Positions 48,330 to 60,160 of a DNA stretch of 64,000 nucleotides are shown here, one piece after another. The stretch covers positions 9,250,962 to 9,314,961 of the forward strand of contig NC_134034.1 of NCBI RefSeq assembly GCF_964204645.1. Reading direction: 5' to 3'. The position numbers were made by a program, and so were the translations under genes. The notes beneath the pieces were generated by a model. That model saw only the letters and a program-made list of their open reading frames with translations. It was not told the origin of the DNA and searched no databases. This DNA is from Tubulanus polymorphus. Its lineage: Eukaryota > Animalia > Nemertea. Within the stretch, counting starts at the first letter, position 1; each line of letters begins with the position of its first letter.

Positions 48330-49326
48330 CGGGTAAGGTGCAGGACGCGAGAAAAGATCCAGCTCCTGAACCGGGTAGGGAGCAGGACACGAGGAGGGAT
48401 CGAGCTCCTGAACCGGGTAAGGAGCAGGAAGCGAGGAGGGATCAGCTCCTGAAACGGGTAAGGAGCAGGATGCGAGGTGGGATCGAGCTCCTGAACCGGG
48501 TAAGGAGCAGGACGCGAGGAGCGATCGAGCTTCTGAACCGGGTAAGGAGCAGAACGCGAGGAGGGATCGAGCTCCTGAACCGGGTACGGAGCAGGACACG
48601 AGGAGGGAACGAGCTCCTGAACCGGGTAAGGATCAGGACGCGGGGGGGATCGAGCTCCTGAACCTGGTAAGGAGCAGGACGCGAGGAGGGATCGAGCTCC
48701 TGAACCGGGTAAGGAGCAGGACGCGAGGAGGGAACGAGCTCCTGAACCAGGTAAGGAGCAGGACGCGAGGAGGGATCGAGCTCCTGAACCGGGTAAGGAA
48801 CAGGACACGAGGAGGGATCGAGCTCCTGAACCGGCTAAGGAGCAGGACGCGAGGAGGGATCGAGCTCCTGAACCGGGTTAGGAGCAGGACGCGAGGAGGG
48901 ATCGAGCTCCTGAACCGGGTAAGGAGCAGGACGCGAGGAAGGATCGAGCTCCTGAACCGGGTAAGGAGCAGGACGCGAGGAGGGATCGAGCTCCTGAACC
49001 GGGTAAGGAGCAGGACGCGAGGAGGGGTCGAGCTCCTGAACCGGGTAAGGAGCAGGGAGCGAGGGGGATCGAGCTCCTGAACCGGGTAAGGAGCAGGACG
49101 CGAGGAGGGGTCGAGCTCCTGAACCGGGTAAGGAGCAGGGAGCGAGGGGGATCGAGCTCCTGAACCGGGTAAGGAGCAGGACGCGAGGAGGGGTCGAGCT
49201 CCTGAACCGGGTAAGGAGCAGGACGCGAGGAGGGGTCGAGCTCCTGAACCGGGTAAGGAGCAGGGAGCGAGGGGGATCGAGCTCCTGAACCGGGTAAGGA
49301 GCATGACGCGAGGGGGATCGAGCTCC
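48330..49326. repeat. GC-rich 42-bp minisatellite, about 24 copies
   Basis: GAGCTCCTGAACCGGGTAAGGAGCAGGACGCGAGGAGGGATC in tandem. Confidence 0.95.
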
Positions 49327-50598
49327 CGTTTTTGGGCTACTGTTCTACGTATCTTGTGTATCGTACTAGTAGCTATCTTTCTAAATGTTTGGAGCGGAGA
49401 AGGAGACAATATAGATGACGATGATGATGACGATGACTATTTCGGAGATTAATCGCGACTACATCTTTTGCATACATTATGTAAAATAATAAAGATATCG
49501 TCCAATCAGCAACATCCTCACGTTGTTGATTTATGCAAGTCAGGTGATTATAAACTTATGTTAAAATTGCGCTTATGAGAACAGGAAGGTAGTTTGGGGT
49601 TTCCGGGAGGCCTTTAAAATGAGGCTTTTTTGATAGATCAATTATCTACAATCTCTTTCGTTGCCGGGTTTGGATTTTACGTATGCTTTCGTCCATTGCT
49701 GAAATGTGTTACTGACAGTAATATACCATCTTCTAGAAAAGCACGGGGCTAAGAATGTAGAATGTAAGAAGTCATCTTCCAGTGAGCATCTCTCCCCACG
49801 ATAAAATTAATCAAAAAATTAATACCTTCTTTCTCGTTTTCAAAATCCACGACCCGCGGCAGCAGGTATCTATTTTTATTCATTTTCTTTAAAAAAAGTA
49901 TGTTAGGATGCGCTTAGATGTCAGACAAAATTCAATTAAGTACTAATTAAGTATTCAATATTATTACTACCTCGATGACACTCGAAAAAATGATAAACTT
50001 ATTACAAGGCAGTAACAAAGACCCAACCCCATCCAATCTTTCAGATTTCGTTTGAACGTACTTCGGTTTGGGAATAACTTTCCAGATTTCTAAGTCTACC
50101 AGCCAGAGAATGTTGTATCAGGTTTTTTGGATCGTGTTGATACAGGAACACGAGGTAGATTGTATTCGTGTCAGAATTATGATTTGGGGTAGAAATTCTG
50201 AGAATATATTAACCCGCTGCTAATAATACAGAAGAGAGACGTTAGATTAAAACTTTTATTTAAATTACAAAGCACACATGGAACCAATATTCAAACGCTT
50301 GAACATCTTTTAGTCCCCAATAAACCCGAAACATATTTGTTGTATTGATAAAAAAGGAAGTTCCCGTCTACCCAAATAAGCTCTCTAATTTCAAATCATA
50401 TTCATTTTTCGTTCAAAAACGGCCGTCGAAGTGAAACGAAAATATACGACGTGATTAAGAATGTAAATTATTATGGCGGTTTTGACTTAGTGAAACTAGC
50501 CGTGTTATGGAATGAGTGACAATAGATGATTGACTCTCATAAACGAACCAGGCTACATAATCTATCGAACGCATCCCGATGTAAATTCAGACTACATT

Positions 50599-53500
50599 CT
50601 ACCAAACGCAATGACCTCCATCAACTCTGATCATTGTACCGTTAACCATTGTAGATCTGTTACTGAGTAGATGGACTATTTGATTGACAACGTCCTGTAC
50701 TTCTGAAATCGAAAAAGAGTAGTTTTTAGAGGTCTCTTACCACGGTCATCGTTACACACGGTGATTTGAACCTGGGTTCGAATCTGAGACGCATTTTCGC
50801 TGTTCATGTTCGTAACCCCGACGACGGAGGAAGGGACTACTGACCTTATGTGTCTTGTACTTGGGCAGAGTCTCATGATGTCATCAAATCAGGTTCAAAT
50901 CCCTGTGAGGGAGGATGTGTCTACTAGGGCAGGGGTTTGTACTGTGACAGAGTCTCACGATGTCATCAGGTTCAAATCCCTGCTGAGGGAGGATGTTTCT
51001 ACTAGGGCAGGGGTTTGTACTGTGACAGAGTCTCATGATGTCATCAGGCTTAAATCCCTGCTGAGGGAGGATGTTTCTACTAGGGCAGGGGTTTGTACTG
51101 TGACAGAGTCTCATGATGTCATCAGGTTCAAATCCCTGTGAGAGAAGATGTGTCTACTAGGGCAGGGGTTTAAACTGTGACAGAGTCTCACGATGTCATC
51201 AGGTTCAAATCTCTGTGAGGGAGGATGTGTCTACTAGGACAGGGGTTTGTGCTGTGACAGAGTCTCACGATGTCATCAGGTTCAAATCCCTGCTGAGGGA
51301 GGATGTTTCTACTAGGGCAGGGGTTTGTACTGTGACAGAGTCTCATGATGTCATCGGGTTCAAATCCCTGTGAGAGAGGATGTGTCTACTAGGGCAGGGG
51401 TTTAAACTGTGACAGAGTCTCACGATGTCATCAGGTTCAAATCCCTGCGAGGGAGGATGTGTCTACTAGGACAGGGGTTTGTACTGTGACAGAGTCTCAT
51501 GATGTCATCAGGTTCAAATCTCTGTGAGGGAAGATGTGTCTACTAGGACAGGGCCGGGGTTTGTACTGTAACAGAGTCTTATGATGTCATCAGGTTCAAA
51601 TTCCTGCTGAGGGAGGATGTGTCTACTTGGGCAGGGTTTTATACTGTGACAGAGTCTCATGATGTCATCAGGTTCAAATCTCTGTGAGGGAGGATGTGTC
51701 TACTAGGGCAGGGGTTTGTACTGTGACAGAGTCTCATGATGTCATCAGGTTCAAATCACTGTGAGGGAGGATGTGTCTACTTGGGCAGGGGTTTATACTG
51801 TGTCAGAGTCTCATGATGTCATCAGGTTCAAATCCCTGTGAGGGAGGATGTGTCTACTAGGGCAGGGGTTTATACTGTGACAGAGTCTCATGATGTCATC
51901 AGGTTCAAATCCCTGTGAGGGAGGATGTGTCTACTAGGGCAGGGGTTGGTACTGTGATAAAGTCTCAATGTATGATCAGATACATCGATAAAGTGCAATA
52001 TAAGTACAGTGAGTGACGTATTGTGACGACGCTTACCTGCATATTTACTTAACGGACAATGTTCGACGGAATGAACTCGTTCATATTCGGTTTCTTTGGG
52101 AAATTGCGCCCAGTAATTGAAGCACATTGGTGTAGCTACGACAGTTGGACAAACAGCGTTTGTTCGTATCTAACAAAAACGACGGAGAATTGTACATAAA
52201 ACGAGTTGATTAATTCAAGGCATCAGAAGTAATATTCCTAACAAAAACTCTAAAAAGGTGGAGAGTCTTTTTAAACATAAATTCATATTGATCAGCCGCT
52301 GGGGAACAACAACAGGCAGAGGGCGAACTCGTGACCCACGTGGTACAGTGGTCTTTTGCCAGGGGTACATCTTAGTCAAAAGATGGCACTTACCCCGTGT
52401 TGACCTAGTTCTAATGCCATACTTCTAGTCAGCTGGTCTACAGCGCCTTTACTCATGCAATAAGCTCCGTAGTTATCCCAGACGATCGAACCGAGTATCG
52501 AGGATACGTTTACTATAGTACCCGGGCACTTGCGTTCTATCATCGACTGCGCTACCACCTGGTGATGAAATAAAACACTATACGAGTATTTACTTCAATT
52601 TTCTGTATTTGAGCGGTTTAGACAAATTCCTACCTGAGCTACGTTCACGTAACCTTTCAAATTGACACCAAGAGTCCTAAAACGTATTGCATAGAAAGAA
52701 GAATTAGATCTCGAGTAATATCTTGATAAATCGTTACCTTATGGTTACTATGGAAAAGTCATGGGAAGATGTTATTTTTCTATTTTTTGTCGATTGGAAA
52801 ATCATAAAACTAGATAAAACAAACGTATGTTTATCAATTTTTACGTTTTTGCGACCGGTGGCCATTTAATTCAAACTTTTTTCCATAACTCAGCGGTATT
52901 TCTGAATAGCACAATCGCGTTGTTCTTGCGCGACACCAGGCCAACACTAGGGTAACTACGTTTATTCAGCAGCAGGCCAACACTAGGGTTACTACGTTTA
53001 TTCAGCAGGTAACTAATACTAGGATTATTAGACAGGCCAAAACTAGGGTTTCTGCGTTTATTCAGCAGGCCAACCACTAGGGTTACTGCGTTTATTTAAC
53101 AGGCCAATACTAGGGTAACTACGTTTATTCACCAGGCCAACACTAGGGTAGCTACGTTTATTCACCAGGCCAACACTAGGGTAACTCTCCTTTTTCACGG
53201 AATTAAATCATTTCTACTTGACTTTTTGGTTTATATATTCGGAAAAAATATTTAAAACTAATCATATCCCCAGAACGCTTCCGCGTGTTACTCATTACAC
53301 TGGGCGGAATCTTTCGCTACGAGATTTGGAAATGTTAGACAGTGCGACAACGTTTCGACCGATAGATGAAAACAAGTTTACGGTATCCATAGTTTATTTC
53401 TGAATTCAAAATCCTCACTGAACGATACGAAGATCAACTGGTTATTATTAACGAAATCATTGATCAAAATATCGCACGGAGAGCGTGCGTTTAGGACTTG

Positions 53501-54694
53501 TTTGTTCTATTTCAGAATTCGAAACTTAATTAGCTCTGTACATCGTCAACTTCATATTCCTGCATGGATGCGCAACCTGAAACACAACCATCCCGCGCTA
53601 ATTTGTCTTCGGACGAGGTCTTCAAATCTGGTCTCAATCATTTCATTTCTCATTTATGGTTTAGGTATAAATTTGTAATCAAGACTCTGAATATGGGCAA
53701 CGATACGTCTTTTTTCTTGCTGGGGTCCCCATACCTGTCCATACAAGCCTCGGTAGTACTGAGAAAAGGGACTATTTCACATATTCCGGCATTATTCACC
53801 AATAAATCAATGGGTAAGACTTTCAGCACGGCTTCTCTGGTTTTATTCCAGTCCAATAAATCAACGCAAACCGTCTCGATTGAGGGGTGCTACAAAAACA
53901 AAATGAAATCATTTTTCAAGCATTGTAAATCAAGTAGATTTGAAAATATTTATATGATTACATAGAGCTTATATAGTATCGCGGCATCACTGTCGGATAT
54001 GTATGATTTTTTTTCGAAAACTTATCTGCTATTTAGAAAATAATACTGACCAATGGTCATCGAAAAGAGAGGTTTTAAGAGGTTTGAATTACCTCTCGTT
54101 TTAGAGTATCGAGATCGGTTTGTGTTCGGGTCAGAGCGACCACGTGGGCCCCGCATTCCAGCAACGTTTTGACGCACTGTCTTCCGATACCTGAAAACCA
54201 CAAGTCATTTACACAAAACTGATTGAAGCAAATTAACAAATTCGGAATCTATATATTGAAAGTATTCAAATGGGCCTATTGCGTTGGGTTAGTACTACGT
54301 ATATGTTCTCCATATGCTGGCATTTTAGAGAGGCTGAATTCAATTATTGTGTCGATGCTGAGCGCAGCTTTTATGTTGGGGATTCGAAAAGTCATCGAAT
54401 ATCGAGCTTAAAATATTGCTGAATCTGGTCACCTCGCTCATTAACTCACTACAGACGAAAGCATTACTTCATTGTAAGAAGAACATTTACGCATGTTTAC
54501 TCAAACTCAAGTAAAGAAACAGCAGACTTTTTCAGAGGTTCTGTGTAGAATCGGCTGGCCTCTAAAACCTAAGCACTTTAGTCCCCGATCGAGTGTATAT
54601 TTTATCGACAACTGAAATGAATGGATAATGTATGCGTCATACCTTTACCAGCGCCAGTGACCAGCGCTCGCTTTCCGCTGAAGTTGATTTCCAT
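50599..54694 (-). CDS. DCXR: L-xylulose reductase / dicarbonyl reductase-like SDR, 7 exons
   Basis: Exons at about 54643-54694, 54094-54191, 53735-53889, 52634-52677, 52394-52558, 52037-52169 and 50599-50703. MEINFSGKRALVTGAGKGIG...LVNNAG...IVNVSS...YCMSKGAVDQLTRSMALELG...IRTNAVCPTVV...VDGG. Confidence 0.88.
50866..51967. repeat. 77-78-bp tandem repeat, about 14 copies, in DCXR intron 6
   Basis: GACAGAGTCTCATGATGTCATCAGGTTCAAATCCCTGTGAGGGAGGATGTGTCTACTAGGGCAGGGGTTTGTACTGT. Confidence 0.95.
52937..53185. repeat. Degenerate ~33-36-bp minisatellite in DCXR intron 3
   Basis: Variants of AGGCCAACACTAGGGTAACTACGTTTATTCAGC. Confidence 0.85.
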
Positions 54695-55010
54695 GTTTTC
54701 GACAGTAGGCCTACCCTGTGAATGTCGTTTTATAACGTACTGCTAATGTGTGCGTGTACTTATATATAAGTACATACTAGATAATACTAATATGCATATA
54801 TGTATACGTCGTGTTAATAAACGATACAATAGATAGCCCGTGCGCATGGTGCCATTGACACTTTCTGAGGTGATTTATGCCAGAAAAACTGGTTTACAGT
54901 TGCGTACTAGAGTGATATCGTTATAGACTTTAAGCGATGATGAACAAATCAATGGTAGATGATACATGCTGCATCGATTAAAAAAAAACCATAGAAACAA
55001 AAATAAACTC

Positions 55011-55080
55011 GTTCTAGAAGTAGGATACGAACCCACGCCTAGAGGACTAGCCTGCGACCTGAACGCTCGGCCATCCTGAC
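55011..55080 (-). pseudogene. tRNA-Leu(CAG) pseudogene
   Basis: Matches 57658-57741 but lacks about 15 nt across the D arm/anticodon stem and has a mutated B box. Confidence 0.85.
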
Positions 55081-57657
55081 TTGTACGACTGTTGATGTCA
55101 AATACCTACGAGACACATGGCAAAAGAACCCTTTCAATATGGAGTGTATCTACACGCGTGACTATATGATATATATATATATAGAGCCTGGATATCTCTG
55201 ATTTGATTGTGATGGACTATCGAACGCTAAGGGCTATTGCTACAAGGAAACTAAAACTTGAATGTTAATTGACGCCTTGAAGAAAAGTGACACATACGAT
55301 TATGTGCTTCCTTAAATATGTACATAATCGATGCTAATAGAATATGAAATAAAGGATCAAAAGAGTTGTTTTGAATTTGAATCCATAATTTGATTGATTT
55401 TTTCATAATCGATGGATCTTGAAATAGCATTAATCATCAGAGAACTCAAGGCGTCGATTCAGCAGTTGATTTTTCTGGCTAGGATGAGCCGGCGAGCTAT
55501 TTACGTCATGTGCATCCGTGCTGTAACCAAAAACATTACAACATTGATAATTCTATTGAATTCAAAGTAAATAAGTAAAAAATAAGATACATTGTTTTCT
55601 AAAGAACTTTTAATCCTCCTTTATTATAAAATCCGATGGTGTTTGTGTATTACTAAGGAACAATAAAGTCTATCTGAATTGTGTCCACTAGGTGGTGGTT
55701 TTTAAAGACACCGCGGGAGGTTGCGTCATCTGAGACGCTCCAGCGCCGCGCCGCCGCTGTCGTAATAGTTTGGGAGAACCGCCATTCAAATCGAAACGAC
55801 TGTCAGATAAGGGGAGCGTCGGTAATCGTAAAACCCATTTATTGCTTAATAATGTCGACAAGTAATATGATAATATGATTATAACTTCAAGGTTCACTTA
55901 AGTTATTTAGTTATGTTGATTTTATCAATAATCTAATTTGATTGAATTGATCGGCAACCAGGGCGAATTCTAGTCAGTAACCTGTCTGTGGTTTAGTTTC
56001 ACAATCGGATATTTTCACAAACCACAGTCAGGAATGGGAAGGTCATTTTTGTACGAAATCTTCGTCAGCCAATTTGACTGACGAGTAATTTGCCTGGCAT
56101 TTCATTGCCTCTTAAGATATCCGTCTAATTTTTGTTGTAATCGATGCACAACAGATTCGTAGTTTGTCTGATACCTATAACACCTCACCTGACGATCTTA
56201 ATCCATGTGCAAATCGGCCGTAAAGTGAGAGTAAATTTCCGTCGGGTCAACAGCTGCCATTTTGAAAATTACTGGAGGTGCTGGCACCTGTGGACTTAGG
56301 CCAGGACAACAGCTCAAACTAACGAAGCGAAACGACGAAATTGAAAAAAATTAAGAAATCAACACTTATTCACATTTTTCTTTTACCAGGATTTATTATT
56401 TCATTATTTATTATGGAAAACACGAAGATTTGAAATATAAGTTGGAAAACCATCAAAAATAAAAATTGTCGTTTCGTCCTGGAAGTTTTATATAAATCCT
56501 TGTAGGTCCCCTTGTCTTATCATGCCACATGTGCAATACAGAGAAATGGCGGCCAATGGCGAAATTGGTGGAGAAATTAATTAATTTCTCAAAATAATGT
56601 TCATTAACCACTCGCAACATACATAAAATTGGATTATTTCGAAAGGTACCTGTGTTAGTTTGTGAATTAAGCCATTAATTGTGGACTGAAGTGAATAGAA
56701 AGTATATTTTTGAAGTGTTACTTTTTTCAACCGTGTTTTGGTTCTTGTCATCCCTAACGTTGGTATAAGCCTATCCGATTATAAAAAGCTTACCACCAAC
56801 GATTAGGTAACTAACTAGGCGAATTCATGAGCTATGAGTTATCATTCAATAACAATGATTCTTAATCTTTCGTTGTAAATTTGCTTGTAGTTTGACATAT
56901 AAATTATACTAATTAGACCGTGTTATAACAAACAAGGGCTAATGTCGATCACGTGATCAGCATAACAATTGACGCGGCGAGCAAACATTACGTAAAACTA
57001 ATTGTTAAACAAGTGTATGAATGTGTATACAGAGCTATCAACGGTCGTCTGCGAAAAGGGCACGATTGTTGTAACATTGACATACTGCCGCAAACATTGA
57101 TTATGTGTTAATGCAAAAATACATAGCTAGAGCCACGTGGACACCCGTATACATGTTGGATGCGGGATGAATGAACGTATGTTGGATACGTTCATTCTCT
57201 CTGTGACGAATAAAACGTGTTTCGGTTAATTAGCAATTATTCAAACATGGATTATATGTATTGGTCTTTGACTACGTGATATGGGATGCGTGTTGAGAAA
57301 ATGACGAACCGCTTGAATTAGTAAGTATTAATTGATCTCACTTTACTTCAGCTGAATAATAATCATTTCAGCAATTTTTAAAGCGCCTTTCTATGTATTC
57401 CGATGCTCGAATATTCACCGAAAACTCTTCCTCCTCAAGAACTTGCGCTGTTGCAAAACAGCCATTTTCATATCGTCTTTAAATTGTTCGACGCCGTCAG
57501 ACGATCTTGCATTGCCTTGCAGTTAGTTCAGCGTCAGTCCTGGTTTGAGACCTAGTGAAGGTTTTTCCGTCGGTCTTTGAAATGTCTATATCTCTAATCG
57601 CAAAGGTAACGGCAAAAAACGTGAAATGTAAAATGTAAAACGTGAATGTAAAATGCT

Positions 57658-57741
57658 TGTCAGAAGTGGGATTCGAACCCACGCCTAGAGAACTAGACTG
57701 CGACCTGAACGCAGCGCCTTAGACCGCTCGGCCATCCTGAC
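57658..57741 (-). tRNA. tRNA-Leu-CAG: tRNA-Leu (anticodon CAG)
   Basis: GTCAGGATGGCCGAGCGGTCTAAGGCGCTGCGTTCAGGTCGCAGTCTAGTTCTCTAGGCGTGGGTTCGAATCCCACTTCTGACA; full cloverleaf with long variable arm; T-runs downstream. Confidence 0.97.
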
Positions 57742-59190
57742 TTGATATCTCAATGGCGGCAAGTATGCTAAAAGTTGAACTAGTTTTTCATTTCCAATGC
57801 TTTTCAAATCTATTATCAAACATGTCGGTAAACAAAATCGACTGTCCTTTAACCAGGTAAAGGTCTGAATGTTGCTTCGATAATAGTGGAGCACCACTTG
57901 TTTTTGTGCCGGATTGTTGGTATGTGTAGATCCTGTATTTACTGCGAGTACCGCATTCCAGACTCTTCAACTTATCTCTCTCTCCATAAACCAGTAAACA
58001 GTAAACAGCGCGCGTGTTACGGTCGTTCATTCAGTATTTTTTCGACCGTAGAACGCTCCGATAGTCAATTAGCTTTTTGAAACAAGATCACATACGTTAA
58101 AAGGACGAATCCTAGGATCCCAGACGAATCCCAGTAGCGCGCACCGAATTGTGGGTGGTATTTAGGAACGACTTTTATAAACAGAAGCTCGGACAAAATC
58201 ATCCGCGAGTTTAAGAAATAAAAAACGAAAAAATGACTTAGTCTGTCGTCTAGACGACTTGAGACTAGTTCAAGCAAACATTTGTTCATTGTGTAAGTTC
58301 AGCTTTGGAGTGGTTTATTGATTGGGCTAGGGTTATTACTGTGTATTTAGTGAAGTTTTATCAGTTTGAACTGTTTATCAGTTCTATGGTAATGCGCGTA
58401 GTACACTGCTTGTACAAACTGTCCCTGCGCTTAGTACTTCCTCATTCAGGGAAGTTACCACTGTATGTGTTTGATTCGCGGCGTTGCTGCTGTGCAGGAA
58501 CATCACAATTCAACATCTGATTGTGCCGTAGGAGATAGATACATTTAGACACAGAAGAAGTTATTTGGATACGTATGATTACACTGTGTATCGATGATCA
58601 TCCAGAGCACGATGTGAAAACCGTTACGCTTCCCCGTACATAGGTAAATACTTATTAGTTGTTATTCAGAGTCCCTACGACTCCTTCATTCCTAGAATGA
58701 CTCCTTCTGCGCTTTGAAACTGTTCTAATTTGGACTAAATGCCTGAAACCCCTTCAATTTTGAGATAAAGGCAATTAGAAAAGTTTAATCTAGTTTGTAG
58801 GCCTACGCTTACAAAACCACTGAATTACTGATCTGCGGGGACCCTGTGTTATTGATTAGTGACTCGTAATTGATTTTGTTAAATTGTCTTTTTTTCATAA
58901 CTCTTGGTACGTCATTTATACGCATAAATTGCATCTAATTTTTGTAAACAAACAGTTATGACCTATATTCATCTGATTTCATTCGAAAATCACTATTCCA
59001 ACTTTATTCATTTGTTGTACATTGAAAAAAATGTAATGCAGAGCCATAACAAATATTAGTTCTGCACTCCAAAAATTGAATTTGAGCGCAACCTGTTGAA
59101 AATATATTTTTGTGTTTCGAAACCATTTATGAACATCGGGTTCAATGCAAGATTTTTTTATCAACGCATATGAATGATGCCTACAGGATT

Positions 59191-59450
59191 CAGTTCCACA
59201 GTTGTGTGGGTTTAATCCGACTCTGAACTCAGCTCCACAGTTGTGTGGGTTTAATCCGACTCTGAACTCAGCTCCACAGTTGTGTGGGTGTAATCCAACT
59301 CTGAACTCAGCTCCACAGTTGTGTGGGTTTAATCCGACTCTGAACTCGGTTCCACAGTTGTGTGGGTTTAATCCGACTCTGAACTCAGTTTCACAGTTGT
59401 GTGGGTTTAATCCGACTCTGAACTCAGTTCCGCAGTTGTTCGGGTTTAAT
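59191..59450. repeat. 39-bp minisatellite, about 6.5 copies
   Basis: CTCCACAGTTGTGTGGGTTTAATCCGACTCTGAACTCAG. Confidence 0.95.
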
Positions 59451-59926
59451 TCTGGAACGGGTTCTAGATAATTTTCTGTTCTGTTCTCTTTTTAAATTTC
59501 ACGAGAAACCGGTTAGAAAAACAATCGTCATAAATCACGTAACTACTACAGAAAATCTTCAAGTTTTATTCGAACGTTATTCACTCCAGGTGTAACGCGA
59601 TCAGTGTATTCATTGAATTACTCAGAATAATTGCTCACGTTTTACTCTTAGAGTTTTGTTTACCGATTACAATTCTGAACACTTGGTTTAACGTAAAGAA
59701 GATCGAGTGTTCTCGAGAACGCCGCTGAGTTGCGGTGAAATAGCCGGAATTCAATAATGTTCGTTCTCTGAATGTTTGAATAATTAACTCGTGTTGTGTT
59801 GTGACTCGTGTTTATCAGAGCAGTGTTTTAGGAGCTTATCCCCGACGATACATAAATAGAACTTAATACAATAAGTAACATCGCATTTGTTTGTTCTAAA
59901 AAGTCAATTCATTGTGTCATCATGGG

Positions 59927-60160
59927 CTACTGCACACTAGTGACACCAGGTGGATCCTCACTTGCCACAAAGTGGAATTCTCTATTGTCACAGTAGTTGG
60001 TTTACTACTGCCCCACTGGTGGATCTTTAATTGCCACTTATGAAATCCTTGACTGCCCCGTGTAGTTGATATCCTACTGCTCACTAGTGACACCTGGTGG
60101 ATCCTCACTTGTCACTGTTGGAATCCTTATTTGCCGTAGTGGATTTACTATGCGGCACTT
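59927..60160. repeat. Degenerate short-period repeat
   Basis: CTACTGCNCACTAGTGACACCNGGTGGATCCTCACTTG at about 59927 and 60074, plus subunits. Confidence 0.65.

Noticed and set aside
48263-49409. Long ORFs and a CRISPR-like look of the 42-bp array
   Set aside because: The units abut without unique spacers and no cas genes are present; the ORFs are a by-product of a stop-free repeat.
50806-51967. Hammerhead ribozyme (CTGATGA on the minus strand) and ORFs in the 77-bp array
   Set aside because: The required GAAA core is GAGA and stem II is not convincing; the ORFs are repeat translations.
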